Below, in pieces: positions 8,852 to 18,698 of a stretch of 64,000 bases of DNA. A model generated the notes under the pieces. The model searched no databases. It had not been told where the DNA came from and saw only the letters and a program-made list of their open reading frames with translations. The DNA lies in contig OZ241841.1 of assembly GCA_965202665.1 (NCBI GenBank), forward strand, positions 1,312,001 through 1,376,000, written 5' to 3'. This stretch comes from Candidatus Spongiisociaceae bacterium (GTDB taxonomy: Bacteria > Actinomycetota > Acidimicrobiia > Spongiisociales > Spongiisociaceae). The number at the start of each line of letters is the position of its first letter. The stretch's first letter is position 1. The position numbers and the translations under genes were made by a program.

Positions 8852-9991
8852 CTAACATTCTCCGGGGCGGGGGCGGAAACGGGCGGGGGACAACTCCTCG
8901 GCGGTGAAACCGGCCTCCCGCATCTCCGGGGGCGGTTCCCCGTTTTCTATGAGGGCGGCCGCCAACCGGCCCGCGCCGGGGGCGGTCTGAATGCCCGTCC
9001 CCCCCTGGCCGGCCAGCCAGAAAAACCCCTCCGCCCGCTCGTCGAACCCAATCACCATGTTCCGGTCGGGGGCGAAGGTGCGCAGGCCGGTCCAAGAGGA
9101 ACGGACGGTGCGGATTCCGATTAGGGAGGCGTCGTTGATGCGGTCGATGGCCAAAGCCACGTCGATTTCCCGCGGACGGGCGTCGCAGGGCGGGGATGGG
9201 TTTTCTTCGGCCAGGGAGCACAACATTTGCCCCCCGTCCGGTTTGGCGTACCAATTCATTTCGATGTCGGCCGACAACGGGGCCCCCGCCCATTCCGCCC
9301 GACCGGGAACCGTGAAGGCGGTGCGCCGCATGGGGGACAAACCCACCGGCTCCGCCCCCGCCCGTTCCGCCACCGAATCGCCCCACGCCCCCGCCGCGTT
9401 GACCACCGTCCGGCAGGCGATGGTCCGCCCTCCGGCGTTCACCGTCCAGCCTCCGCCCTCCCCGGTCAAGCCGGCGACCGGGGAACCGGTCAGAATGCGG
9501 GCTTCGGCCCGTCTCATCCCCCGCACGAAGACCTGATGCAGGGCGGCCACGTCGATGTCGGCCGCTTCCGGCTCCCACAACCCGGCCGCAAACCTGCCCG
9601 GCCGCAAATACGGGACCAACTCCGTCACGTCGTCGGCGCCCAGCCTGCGCCATCCTTCGCCGGCGGCGGCTTCCTCCTCCAAATGCCGTTCCTGGCCGGG
9701 CCGGGCCACATAAGCCGCCCCGCGCCGGGTCAGCAACGGCCCATCGGCCAGCCCGGCAGGCGGGTCGGTGAAAAACTCCCGGCCGGCCCTGGTCAGATAA
9801 CGGTTGAGAGGAGAGCCGTAGTTTTCAAAGAACAGGGCCGCCGACCGACCGGTGGTGTGATAGGCCAAAACATCCTCCGCCTCCGCTAAAACCACCCGGC
9901 GCCCCGCCTCCGCTAAGAAAAACCCCGCCGAAACCCCGGCGATCCCCCCGCCCACCACCACCACATCCGCCGACAAATTATTGGAAGACAA
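8852..9991 (-). CDS. FAD-dependent oxidoreductase (DAO/DadA family)
   Basis: VVVVGGGIAG, HTTGRSAA, GQGGTGIQTAP; start approximate. Confidence 0.88.
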   Translation of the reverse strand: MSSNNLSADVVVVGGGIAGVSAGFFLAEAGRRVVLAEAEDVLAYHTTGRSAALFFENYGSPLNRYLTRAGREFFTDPPAGLADGPLLTRRGAAYVARPGQERHLEEEAAAGEGWRRLGADDVTELVPYLRPGRFAAGLWEPEAADIDVAALHQVFVRGMRRAEARILTGSPVAGLTGEGGGWTVNAGGRTIACRTVVNAAGAWGDSVAERAGAEPVGLSPMRRTAFTVPGRAEWAGAPLSADIEMNWYAKPDGGQMLCSLAEENPSPPCDARPREIDVALAIDRINDASLIGIRTVRSSWTGLRTFAPDRNMVIGFDERAEGFFWLAGQGGTGIQTAPGAGRLAAALIENGEPPPEMREAGFTAEELSPARFRPRPGEC

Positions 9992-10129
9992 CGCCAATCC
10001 GCTCCATGGGAACTTGACCCGCCGCCGGAACAACCATATTTCCATACCATAGCAAACGCGTACCGCGCGCCCTTCGCTGATTTGAAATCAAACCGGCGGT
10101 GATCCGGGCCGGGGTGGCATTATGGGGGG

Positions 10130-11095
10130 ATGCTGGCTTGGCGGATGGACGAATTCGGTCATTACTCCAACCTGCGGCTGGCGGATCTTCCCTCCCCGCC
10201 CTTGGGCGAGGGGCAAGTCCGTATTCGCAACTTGGCGGCCGGAGTCAACTTTGCCGACTTGTTGATGGCGGAAGGGAAATACCAAGTTCGCCCCGACCCG
10301 CCTTTTACGCCCGGCTTTGAATGCGCCGGGGAGGTGATGGAATCCGCCCACCCCCGCTTCGCGCCCGGCGACCTGGTGTTCTGCGGACTGTGGCACGGAA
10401 CCTACGCCGAGGAGGTGATCGCCCCCGCCGATCGCACCTGGCGCATACCGCCGGGGGTTTCCCCCATCGCCGCCGCCGCCCTCTACGCCAACTACATGAC
10501 CGCCGCCTGCGGATTGCTCGGCGCGGCGGACCTGCGGCCGGGGGAATGGACGGCGGTGACCGGGGCCGCGGGCGGGGTGGGAACCGCCGCCCTGCACATC
10601 GCCCGGGCGGTCGGGGCCAAAACCCTGGCGGTGGTGGGCGACCTCCGCAAAACCGCCGCCGTCCGGGAGGCGGGGGCGGAGGCGGTCCTGCTAGCCGGGG
10701 ACCCCGACCTGCGTGGGAAAATAGACGACCTGACCGACGGACGCCGTCTGGACGCGGTGGTGGATGTAACGGGAGGGAAACTAGCCGAGGTCCTGTTGCG
10801 TTCCCTGCGTTACAACGGACGTTACCTGGTGACGGGTTTCGCTTCCGGGGTCATCCCGTCTTTCCGGGCCAACCTGCTGTTGCTAAAGGCGGCCCGCGTG
10901 ATCGGAGTCAATCTGGGCCGCGTCGTGGAAGAAGAACCCGACCTGTTCCTCCGGATGCTGGAAAGGCTGGGGGAATGGATCAGGCTAGGGACGATCGTCC
11001 CCAAAATCACCACTATGCCCATGGAACGACTGCCGCAGGCTTTGGCCTTGGTGGAGGAGCGCCGGACGGACGGCAAACTGGTGCTAATTCCTTGA
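10130..11095 (+). CDS. NADPH:quinone oxidoreductase family protein
   Basis: GVNFADLL...GKYQVRP.PPFTPG, GAAGGVG, GFASG. Confidence 0.9.
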   Translation: MLAWRMDEFGHYSNLRLADLPSPPLGEGQVRIRNLAAGVNFADLLMAEGKYQVRPDPPFTPGFECAGEVMESAHPRFAPGDLVFCGLWHGTYAEEVIAPADRTWRIPPGVSPIAAAALYANYMTAACGLLGAADLRPGEWTAVTGAAGGVGTAALHIARAVGAKTLAVVGDLRKTAAVREAGAEAVLLAGDPDLRGKIDDLTDGRRLDAVVDVTGGKLAEVLLRSLRYNGRYLVTGFASGVIPSFRANLLLLKAARVIGVNLGRVVEEEPDLFLRMLERLGEWIRLGTIVPKITTMPMERLPQALALVEERRTDGKLVLIP

Positions 11096-11135
11096 CCGTC
11101 CCGCCTGCTTCCGCGCAGTCGGATATAGTGGGGTC

Positions 11136-11807
11136 ATGACCGACTCCCCCCGGCCTCCGACCGCGGCCCCCGCCGTCGAGTTCGTGTACGTGGGGGATGT
11201 CATGTGCTCCTGGTGCTGGGGGTTCGCCCCGGTTCTGGACCGCCTCCGGAAACGATTCGGGATTCCCATCCGGGTGGTGAACGGAGGGTTGCGTCCCGGG
11301 CCGCACGCCCAACTCCTGGACCCGGAAATGGCCTCCTACTTGACGGGTGCTTGGTCCAAAGTGGAGGAAGCCACCGGCCAGCCGTTCGACCCGACCTGGC
11401 TGGCCAAACGGCTGGAAGGCCCGCCTTGGAAATTCGATTCGGAGTTGCCCGCCATCGCGGTGACGGTTATGCGCCGTCATTCGCCGGAGGACGCCCTGAA
11501 TTTCTTCTGCGACTTGCAACACGCCTTCTACGCCCGGGGGGCCGACCTGACCGAACCGGCGGCTTACCGCCCGTTGCTGGCCCGATACCCGGTGGACGCC
11601 GACCGGCTCCACTCCGAACTGCTGACCCCCGAAGCGCAACGGGCCGCTTGGGAGGACTTTCAGGAGGCCCGGACAATGGGCGTGTTCGGGTTTCCGTCCC
11701 TGTTCATCCGCCAAAACGGGCAGCTGGCGGCGGTGGCCCGGGGCTATCAGCCTTTCGAACAAACGGCCGAGGTGGCGGCCGTTCACCTAAAACCGAAGCC
11801 CGCCTGA
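11136..11807 (+). CDS. DsbA-family thioredoxin-fold protein
   Basis: DVMCSWCWGF and GFPSL motifs; TATAGT 6 nt upstream (leaderless). Confidence 0.88.
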   Translation: MTDSPRPPTAAPAVEFVYVGDVMCSWCWGFAPVLDRLRKRFGIPIRVVNGGLRPGPHAQLLDPEMASYLTGAWSKVEEATGQPFDPTWLAKRLEGPPWKFDSELPAIAVTVMRRHSPEDALNFFCDLQHAFYARGADLTEPAAYRPLLARYPVDADRLHSELLTPEAQRAAWEDFQEARTMGVFGFPSLFIRQNGQLAAVARGYQPFEQTAEVAAVHLKPKPA

Positions 11808-11839
11808 TCCCCCATCATCCCCCCGGCGCGTCCCGCCGG

Positions 11840-12070
11840 TCAATGTTTCATAGCCCGCAGGGTGCCCACGAAACCGCCCGCGAACACTCCCAGCAAAACG
11901 CCGGGGAGCAGGCCGGCCACGATGGAGGTAAGCAAACTCCGATCGGTGATCAGCCACACCGCCAAGCACATAATTACGAACACCGGTACGAACACCACCG
12001 CGATGCCTTTCAGAACCGATTTGCCGAAGGCGGCGTCTTCGTCGTCGCTACCGTCGTATTCGTCCGACAT
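11840..12070 (-). CDS. Small 2-TM membrane protein
   Basis: [10 protein letters not shown] before ATG 12070; two hydrophobic helices. Confidence 0.65.
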   Translation of the reverse strand: MSDEYDGSDDEDAAFGKSVLKGIAVVFVPVFVIMCLAVWLITDRSLLTSIVAGLLPGVLLGVFAGGFVGTLRAMKH

Positions 12071-12108
12071 TTTCACTCCTCCCGGGCCGGGCGTCCTCCC
12101 GGAGCAGT

Positions 12109-12798
12109 TTAGCGTCCCCGCCGCGACAACTCCTCCCAATCGGGCCCCGGCGAACCCGCCGCCTCCGCCGCCCGCGACAGGTATTCGGAACGGGCCGTCT
12201 CCACCGCGCCCAGCGACCGCAGATGCGGGGTCAGCCACTGCACATCCAACAAAGGCTCCGCCAGCTCAGACATTATTTCCACCAGCTTCGCCAAGGCGGC
12301 CTTGGAAGCGTCCCGGCGCCGGTAAAACTTGGACTCCGCGCAGAACAATCCCCCAATGGAAACCCCGTACAGCCCCCCCGCCAGTTCCCCGTCCTCCCAA
12401 GCCTCCAGCGAATGGGCCCAGCCCAGATGATGCAACCGCCGGTAGGCCCGGGCCATCCCGTCGGTGATCCATCCGCCGGGGCGGGACGGGTCGGCGCACC
12501 CGGCCACCACCCCGGCGAAGTCCCGGTCGACGGTTATGCGATAACGGCGCGCCGAGCGGCGCAGGGAACGGGAGGGGGCGAACCGCTCCACCGGCAACAC
12601 CCCCCGGGGGTCGGGCGACCACCAGGCCGGCGCCCCTACCGCGGGATGGGGCATCGGAAAGAAACCCGCCCGGTAGGCGGCCAGCAAAGTCCCCGGTTCC
12701 AAGTCCCCGCCCACCGCCGCCAACCCTTCCGGCCCGACCTGCTCCGCCGGCGGGAAAACCCAGGCGGAAGTCTCCGGGCGGCGGACGGGGGGCATCAC
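12109..12798 (-). CDS. aat: Leucyl/phenylalanyl-tRNA-protein transferase
   Basis: GGDLEPGTLLAAYRAGFFP, WWSPDPRG, GGLYGV, LDVQWLTPHL. Confidence 0.95.
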   Translation of the reverse strand: MMPPVRRPETSAWVFPPAEQVGPEGLAAVGGDLEPGTLLAAYRAGFFPMPHPAVGAPAWWSPDPRGVLPVERFAPSRSLRRSARRYRITVDRDFAGVVAGCADPSRPGGWITDGMARAYRRLHHLGWAHSLEAWEDGELAGGLYGVSIGGLFCAESKFYRRRDASKAALAKLVEIMSELAEPLLDVQWLTPHLRSLGAVETARSEYLSRAAEAAGSPGPDWEELSRRGR

Positions 12799-12971
12799 CC
12801 TCCTTCGATAGGGGTTGCGGCGCGGTCAGGGGCGTAAGTCGGCTAAATTATCCCATACGGGCCCGCGCCCGACCAGCCTCCGCCCAGCGGGCGGCCCCTA
12901 GAGCCGGGGTGAAACCTGATGAACCCTGCAAGAGCATTCTCCCCCCCATCTGCAGACAGGGCCGCCCGGCG

Positions 12972-14057
12972 ATGAAAATCGGGCTGGTGCGGGAGACCAA
13001 AACCGACGAACGGCGGGTGGCCCTCACTTCGGCGGGCGTGGAAACCTTGGTCGACGACGGCCATGCGGTGCTGGTCCAATCCGGGGCCGGAGAGGGTTCT
13101 TTCATAACCGACGGGGACTACGCCGGGGCCGGGGCGCAACTGGTGGAAGAAGCCGGCCAAGTGTGGGCGCAGGCCGAGCTGATCGTCAAAGTCAAAGAAC
13201 CGCAACCGGACGAATTCGACCTGCTCGCTCCCGGAACCATCCTGTTCACCTACTTGCATCTAGCCGCCTACCCGGAAGTGGCGGATGTCCTGCGCCGCCG
13301 GGAAATCACCTCCATCGCCTATGAGACGGTGCGGCTGGCGGACGGAACCCTGCCGCTTCTGGCCCCGATGTCGGAAGTGGCGGGGCGGATGTCGGTGCAG
13401 CTGGGGGCCCGCTTTCTGGAAAGTTACGAAGGCGGACGGGGGATTTTGCTGGCCGGAGTGCCGGGAGTCCCCCCGGGACGGGTGGTGATCATCGGGGCCG
13501 GCTCGGCCGGGTGCAACGCGGTGCAGATCGCGGTGGGGATGGGGGCGGAAGTGGCGGTGTTCGACCTCAACCCGGCCCCGCTCCGCCATCTGGACCAGGT
13601 TTACCACGGGCGGATCACCACCGGCATCGCCAACCCGGTGGCGGTGCGGGACGCGGTGGCCAAAGCCAATGTGGTGATAGGGGCGGCCCTCATCCCCGGG
13701 GCCCGCGCCCCGCGCGTGCTGACCGCCGAAGATGTGCGGGCCATGAAACCGGGTTCGGTGGTCCTGGATCTGGCCATCGACCAGGGAGGGGGTTTTGAAA
13801 CATCCCGGGAAACCACTCACACCAACCCCACTTTCGTGGTGGACGATGTGGTGCATTACGCGGTGGGCAACATCCCGGGGGCGGTCCCCCGCACATCCAC
13901 CTACGCCCTCACCAACTCCACCCTCCCCTATCTGCGCCTCATCGCCGGACGCGGCCTCGACGAAGCCATGGAGCGCCGTCCGGAACTGAAGCCCGGCCTG
14001 AACACGTACCGCGGCCAAGTGGTAAACGAGGCGGTGCGGGCGGCCCTGGCCTCCTGA
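12972..14057 (+). CDS. ald: Alanine dehydrogenase
   Basis: KVKEP, FTYLHLA, PLLAPMSEVAG, AIDQGG, NIPGAVPRTST. Confidence 0.95.
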   Translation: MKIGLVRETKTDERRVALTSAGVETLVDDGHAVLVQSGAGEGSFITDGDYAGAGAQLVEEAGQVWAQAELIVKVKEPQPDEFDLLAPGTILFTYLHLAAYPEVADVLRRREITSIAYETVRLADGTLPLLAPMSEVAGRMSVQLGARFLESYEGGRGILLAGVPGVPPGRVVIIGAGSAGCNAVQIAVGMGAEVAVFDLNPAPLRHLDQVYHGRITTGIANPVAVRDAVAKANVVIGAALIPGARAPRVLTAEDVRAMKPGSVVLDLAIDQGGGFETSRETTHTNPTFVVDDVVHYAVGNIPGAVPRTSTYALTNSTLPYLRLIAGRGLDEAMERRPELKPGLNTYRGQVVNEAVRAALAS

Positions 14058-14060
14058 CCG

Positions 14061-16514
14061 ATGGCCGCCGACGGAGCGAATCAAGCGGGCGGGGCCCTGC
14101 CGGAACGGGCGCAGGCGGTGGTGGTGGGCGGCGGGATCGTGGGATGCTCGGCGGCCTACCACCTAACCCGGCGGGGGATAACCGACGTGCTGTTGCTGGA
14201 GCAGAACACCCTCACCGGCGGCGCCACCTGGCACGCGGCCGGGCTGGTCAGCAAACTCAAATCGGGGCATACTTTGACCAGGCTGGCCGCCTACACCGCC
14301 GACCTGTACGCGAAGTTGGAGGAGGAGACCGGCCAAGCCACCGGCTACCGCAACACCGGTTCCATAACCGTGGCCTCCGACTTTGAACGGTGGGAGGAGA
14401 TCCGGCGGGGAATGTCCATGGCCAAAACGGCCGGCATCCACATGGAAGTCATCTCTCCCGACCAGGCGAAAGAGATGTGGCCGCTGATGCGCACCGACGA
14501 CCTGGTGGGCGTCGCCCACCTGCCGGAGGACGGCCAGACCAGCCCGGTGGACACCACCAGGGCCTTGGCCCAAGGGGCCAGGCAACGGGGGGCGGTCATA
14601 CGGGAGGGGGTGGCGGTGGAGCGGGTGCGGGTGCGCAACGAACGGGCGGTAGGGGTGGAAACCGAACAAGGGTTCGTGGAAGCGGAGACGGTGGTGCTGG
14701 CTTGCGGAATGTGGACCCGCCAGTTGGCGGCCGCCGCCGGAGTGAACGTGCCCTTGCACCCCTGCGAGCATTTTTACGTGGTCACCGAACCGATGGAGGG
14801 GATCACCCCGGGGATGCCCACCTTGCGCGACCCGACCAACTTCACCTATTTCAAAGAGGAGTCCGGGAAACTGATGGCCGGCTTTTTCGAACCCCGCGCC
14901 AAAACCTGGAAATTCGAAGTCCCCCGCGATTTCGCGTTCGGGACCCTGCCGGAGGATTGGGAGCACATCAGCCCGGTGCTGGAACGTTCCATCCACCGCA
15001 TCCCCGCCCTCGGCCAAGCCGGCATCCAGCTGTTCATGAACGGGCCGGAGTCTTTCACCCCGGACGGGGTCTACTACCTGGGGGAATCCCCGGAAGTGGA
15101 CGGCCTGTTCGTGGCGGCCGGTTTCAACTCGGTGGGAATCCAATCGGCGGGCGGAGCGGGCCGGGTTTTAGCCGACTGGATCGCCGACCGCCATCCCCCG
15201 ATGGACCTGACCGCGGTGGATCTGCGCCGGGCTTTCCCCGCCCAAGCGGACCGGACCTACTTGGAGGAGCGCATCTCCGAAAGCCTGGGCTTGTTGTACG
15301 CCATGCACTGGCCTTTCCGGCAGTTCGAATCCGCCCGGGATGTGTTTCGTTCGCCACTGCACGACCGCCTGCTGGACTGCGGGGCGGTGTTCGGCGAAAC
15401 CGCCGGGTGGGAGCGCCCCAACTGGTTCGCCCTTCCCGGCGGCGAGCGGGAATACCGCTACTCCTACGGCAAGCAAAACTGGTATCCGGCCTCGGCCCGG
15501 GAATGCGAGGCCGCCCGGCAACGGGTAGCGGTGTTCGACCAGTCGTCCTTCGCCAAATTCCGGGTCTCCGGCCCCGACGCCCTGCCGGTTCTCAACCGGC
15601 TGGGCGGAGCCAACATCGATGTTCCGCCGGGCAAGGTGGTCTACACGCAGTGGCTGAACAAGCGGGGGGGCATAGAAGCCGACCTGACCGTCACCCGCCT
15701 CAGCGAAGAGGAGTTCTTGGTGATCACCGGGGCGGCGGTCGCCAACCGGGACTACCACACCTTGCGCCGGGCATTGCGGGGACGCCGGGCCCGGCTGGCC
15801 GATGTGACGGAACAGACGCCGACCATCGGGGTGATGGGCCCCCGCTCCCGGGATTTGCTGTCGGCCCTGACCGATGACCCGTTGGACGATGACTCTTTCC
15901 CTTTCGGCTGGTCCCGCGAGATAACGGCGGCCGGGATTCCGGTGCTGGCCCTGCGCATCAGTTACGTGGGGGAGATGGGATGGGAGTTGAACGCCCCGCC
16001 CGACCATATCGGCCGGCTGTGGGATGCTGTACTGGCGGAGGGCGCCCGGCACGGGGCCTCCCCCGCCGGATACCACGCCATGAACTCGTTGCGCTTGGAA
16101 GCCGGATACCGGCATTGGGGGCATGACATAACCGATGTCGACGACCCGTTTGCGGCCGGGCTGTCTTTTACCATCGACTGGGATAAACCGGGCGGCTTCC
16201 AAGGCCGGGAGGCCCTCCTGGAACGGCGCGCCGACCCGGTGCGCCCCCGGCGGCTGGCCCAGTTCCGGCTCCGGGACCCGGACCGCATCCTCTACCACGA
16301 TGAGCCCATTTACCGAGACGGGGTTCTGGTGGGACGCACCACCTCCGGCATGTTCAGCCACACCTTCGGGGCCTGCCTGGCCATGGGTTACGTGGAACAC
16401 GCCGACGGGGTGACCGCCGACTGGATGGCGGCCGGCCGGTTCGCCGTTGAGGCGGCGGGCGACCCCATCCCCGCCGACGCCGGACTGCGCGCCTTCTACA
16501 AATCCCGCGCCTGA
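14061..16514 (+). CDS. Sarcosine/dimethylglycine dehydrogenase-like GcvT-family FAD protein
   Basis: GGGIVG, TWHAAG, GPESFTPDG, GWERPNWF, SLRLEAGYRHWG. Confidence 0.9.
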   Translation: MAADGANQAGGALPERAQAVVVGGGIVGCSAAYHLTRRGITDVLLLEQNTLTGGATWHAAGLVSKLKSGHTLTRLAAYTADLYAKLEEETGQATGYRNTGSITVASDFERWEEIRRGMSMAKTAGIHMEVISPDQAKEMWPLMRTDDLVGVAHLPEDGQTSPVDTTRALAQGARQRGAVIREGVAVERVRVRNERAVGVETEQGFVEAETVVLACGMWTRQLAAAAGVNVPLHPCEHFYVVTEPMEGITPGMPTLRDPTNFTYFKEESGKLMAGFFEPRAKTWKFEVPRDFAFGTLPEDWEHISPVLERSIHRIPALGQAGIQLFMNGPESFTPDGVYYLGESPEVDGLFVAAGFNSVGIQSAGGAGRVLADWIADRHPPMDLTAVDLRRAFPAQADRTYLEERISESLGLLYAMHWPFRQFESARDVFRSPLHDRLLDCGAVFGETAGWERPNWFALPGGEREYRYSYGKQNWYPASARECEAARQRVAVFDQSSFAKFRVSGPDALPVLNRLGGANIDVPPGKVVYTQWLNKRGGIEADLTVTRLSEEEFLVITGAAVANRDYHTLRRALRGRRARLADVTEQTPTIGVMGPRSRDLLSALTDDPLDDDSFPFGWSREITAAGIPVLALRISYVGEMGWELNAPPDHIGRLWDAVLAEGARHGASPAGYHAMNSLRLEAGYRHWGHDITDVDDPFAAGLSFTIDWDKPGGFQGREALLERRADPVRPRRLAQFRLRDPDRILYHDEPIYRDGVLVGRTTSGMFSHTFGACLAMGYVEHADGVTADWMAAGRFAVEAAGDPIPADAGLRAFYKSRA

Positions 16515-16582
16515 GCTGATCTGGAACCCGCCGTCCTTCTCGGGATTGGGTAAAATCGCCGCAGGCTACGGAAAGGACTTCA

Positions 16583-16990
16583 ATGCCCGACCTTGAACGT
16601 TTCTGCACCATCTCTGCCTCTTTGGCGATGGAGGTCATCGGACCCACCCCCGGCGGAATGCGGGTCGATTTTCCTTTCACCGGGACGGCGACCGGGCCCC
16701 ACTGGGAAGGAGAGTGGCCGGTGAAAGGAGTGGATTACGTAACGATCCGCTCCGATAACAACCTGGCCTTGGACATAAGGGCCACCATCGGCGAGGGCAG
16801 GGACGTAATCGCCTATCGGGGATCCGGGGTTTCCATACGGTTGGACGAGAAAACAGCTGAGCCCTACGAGTTGCTCACTTTTGAGACGGCCAGCGAAAAA
16901 TTCGCTTGGCTCAACACCTGCATCGCGGTCGGCTTGGGCCGGGGAGAGGGCATGGATCTGACCATCGACTTTTACGTGGTGCGCCGCTAA
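16583..16990 (+). CDS. DUF3237-like protein
   Basis: IGPTPGGMR, GVDYVTIRSD, FETASEKFAWLN; AAGGA RBS. Confidence 0.75.
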   Translation: MPDLERFCTISASLAMEVIGPTPGGMRVDFPFTGTATGPHWEGEWPVKGVDYVTIRSDNNLALDIRATIGEGRDVIAYRGSGVSIRLDEKTAEPYELLTFETASEKFAWLNTCIAVGLGRGEGMDLTIDFYVVRR

Positions 16991-17015
16991 CGGGCGGACC
17001 CAACGGGAGGAGGTA

Positions 17016-17049
17016 GGTCCGACCGGGTGGTCACGGGCCCGGTCGGACC
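17016..17049 (+). terminator. 12-bp perfect hairpin (GGTCCGACCGGG/CCCGGTCGGACC), probable terminator without U-tract
   Basis: Inverted repeat 25 nt after the stop at 16990. Confidence 0.55.
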
Positions 17050-17351
17050 GGAAAACGCGGGAACTCCGACTTGATTGCCCATCCATCCAACCCGAATGCG
17101 GATGGTCCAATGCGACTAACCCCAATGCCAGGTTTGTCCAAGTTGCCAGGTTCCAGGATTGTCTTTCCAGGTTTCCAAGTAGCCAGCCCGGGAATGAGAC
17201 CGCCCCAAACCAGCCAAGCGCAACTTTAGCGCCGCCTCCCGAACCTGTCAAAATCACATCCGGGTGCGACGCAATCCGATCCGCTCCTGAAACGTCCGCC
17301 GCGCCCCATTGCCGCCAAAACAACCCTAAAAGGTGGCATGCTTAAACCCTG

Positions 17352-18698
17352 ATGCGTTCCAGAGCATGCACTTTTTGCGGTGAACGGGAGCAACGGGTCA
17401 CCGCTTTGGTGGCCGGGCCCGGCCGGGCGGTCATCTGCGACCAGTGCGTCGATCTCGCCTCCGGCTTGGTCAAAGAACGGCTGACGCCGGGCGGCGACAT
17501 GGTTTTGGGCAACATCGGACGGCTGGCCACCAACAACCCCCGCTTCCAGGGAATGCTGGGCATCATCACCGACGCCGCCTTGGCCGTCCGCCGGGGCCGG
17601 GTGGCCTGGGCCGGCCCGGCCGAGCGGCTCCCCTCCGGACTGGAGTCGCTGCCCCGCATCGACTGCGAACAACGGACGGTAATGCCCGGCCTGATCGACG
17701 CCCACACCCATCTGCTGTTCGGGGGGGAACGGAGCCGGGAGTTCGCCCTGTTGGCCGCCGGCATACCGGAAACCAAGGCCATCATGCAGGGCGGGGGGGC
17801 GGCCGCCACCGCCCGGGCCACCCAGGTCATGGATGTGGACGCCTTCGCCGATCTGGTGAGCGAACGGCTCAACCGGATGCTGGAATTCGGAACCACCACG
17901 GTGGAGGCATCGGCGGGTTTCTCCGCCAACCATCAGGACGAGTTGAACCTGCTGCGGGTGGCGGACATGATCCAGAAACGGCAACCGGTGGATCTGATAC
18001 CCACCTTCAACCTGTCGATTTTCCCATCCTTGGGCTCGGAGCGGGAAAGAATCATCGCTCATCTGACCTCCTCCGCCCTGCCGGGGGCGGCCCGCAAAAG
18101 TTACGGCCTGCGGGTTTCCCACGGCGGGCGTTTTCCCACCTACGAGGAGGGCCGGGACCTGTTGGAAAAGGGGGCCGCGCTGGGCATGCCGACCAAGGTG
18201 CACCGGGAGGGGGATGCGATGGGGCAGGCCCACGAGCTGGCTTTGGAAACCAACACCCCGGTCGTGGATCACTGTGATGCGGTGGACGCCCGCTCCGCCG
18301 CCGCCATGGGGCGGACGGGCATTGCGGTGGTTATCACCCCGGTCACCGCCTTGGCCCGGCAGGAGGAGGTTCCGGCCATTCAGGAACTGATCGCCTGCGG
18401 CGTTCCGGTGGCCATCGGCACCGACTGCGGCCCGTCCCCGGTGATGAACGAGTCCCTTCCGCTGGCCATCTCCTTGGCGGTGTTGGGAATGGGGCTTACC
18501 CCCGATCAGGCGATCTGGTCGGCCACCCGGGGTTCGGCCATAGCCCTCGGCTTGGAAGACCGGGGATGGATCGGGCCGGGGGCGATAGCCGATCTGCTCA
18601 TTTTGGACGCCCCTCATCCGGATCATCTCACCTACCGGCCCGGCGCCGATCTGACCTGGAAGGTGCTGAAGGCCGGCTCGGTGGTGGTCAGCCGTTGA
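17352..18698 (+). CDS. ClpX-type C4 zinc finger fused to an imidazolonepropionase (HutI)-like amidohydrolase
   Basis: CTFCG...LVAGP..VICDQCV; PGLIDAHTHLLFGG.R..EF, GTD, ADLLILD. Confidence 0.8.
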   Translation: MRSRACTFCGEREQRVTALVAGPGRAVICDQCVDLASGLVKERLTPGGDMVLGNIGRLATNNPRFQGMLGIITDAALAVRRGRVAWAGPAERLPSGLESLPRIDCEQRTVMPGLIDAHTHLLFGGERSREFALLAAGIPETKAIMQGGGAAATARATQVMDVDAFADLVSERLNRMLEFGTTTVEASAGFSANHQDELNLLRVADMIQKRQPVDLIPTFNLSIFPSLGSERERIIAHLTSSALPGAARKSYGLRVSHGGRFPTYEEGRDLLEKGAALGMPTKVHREGDAMGQAHELALETNTPVVDHCDAVDARSAAAMGRTGIAVVITPVTALARQEEVPAIQELIACGVPVAIGTDCGPSPVMNESLPLAISLAVLGMGLTPDQAIWSATRGSAIALGLEDRGWIGPGAIADLLILDAPHPDHLTYRPGADLTWKVLKAGSVVVSR

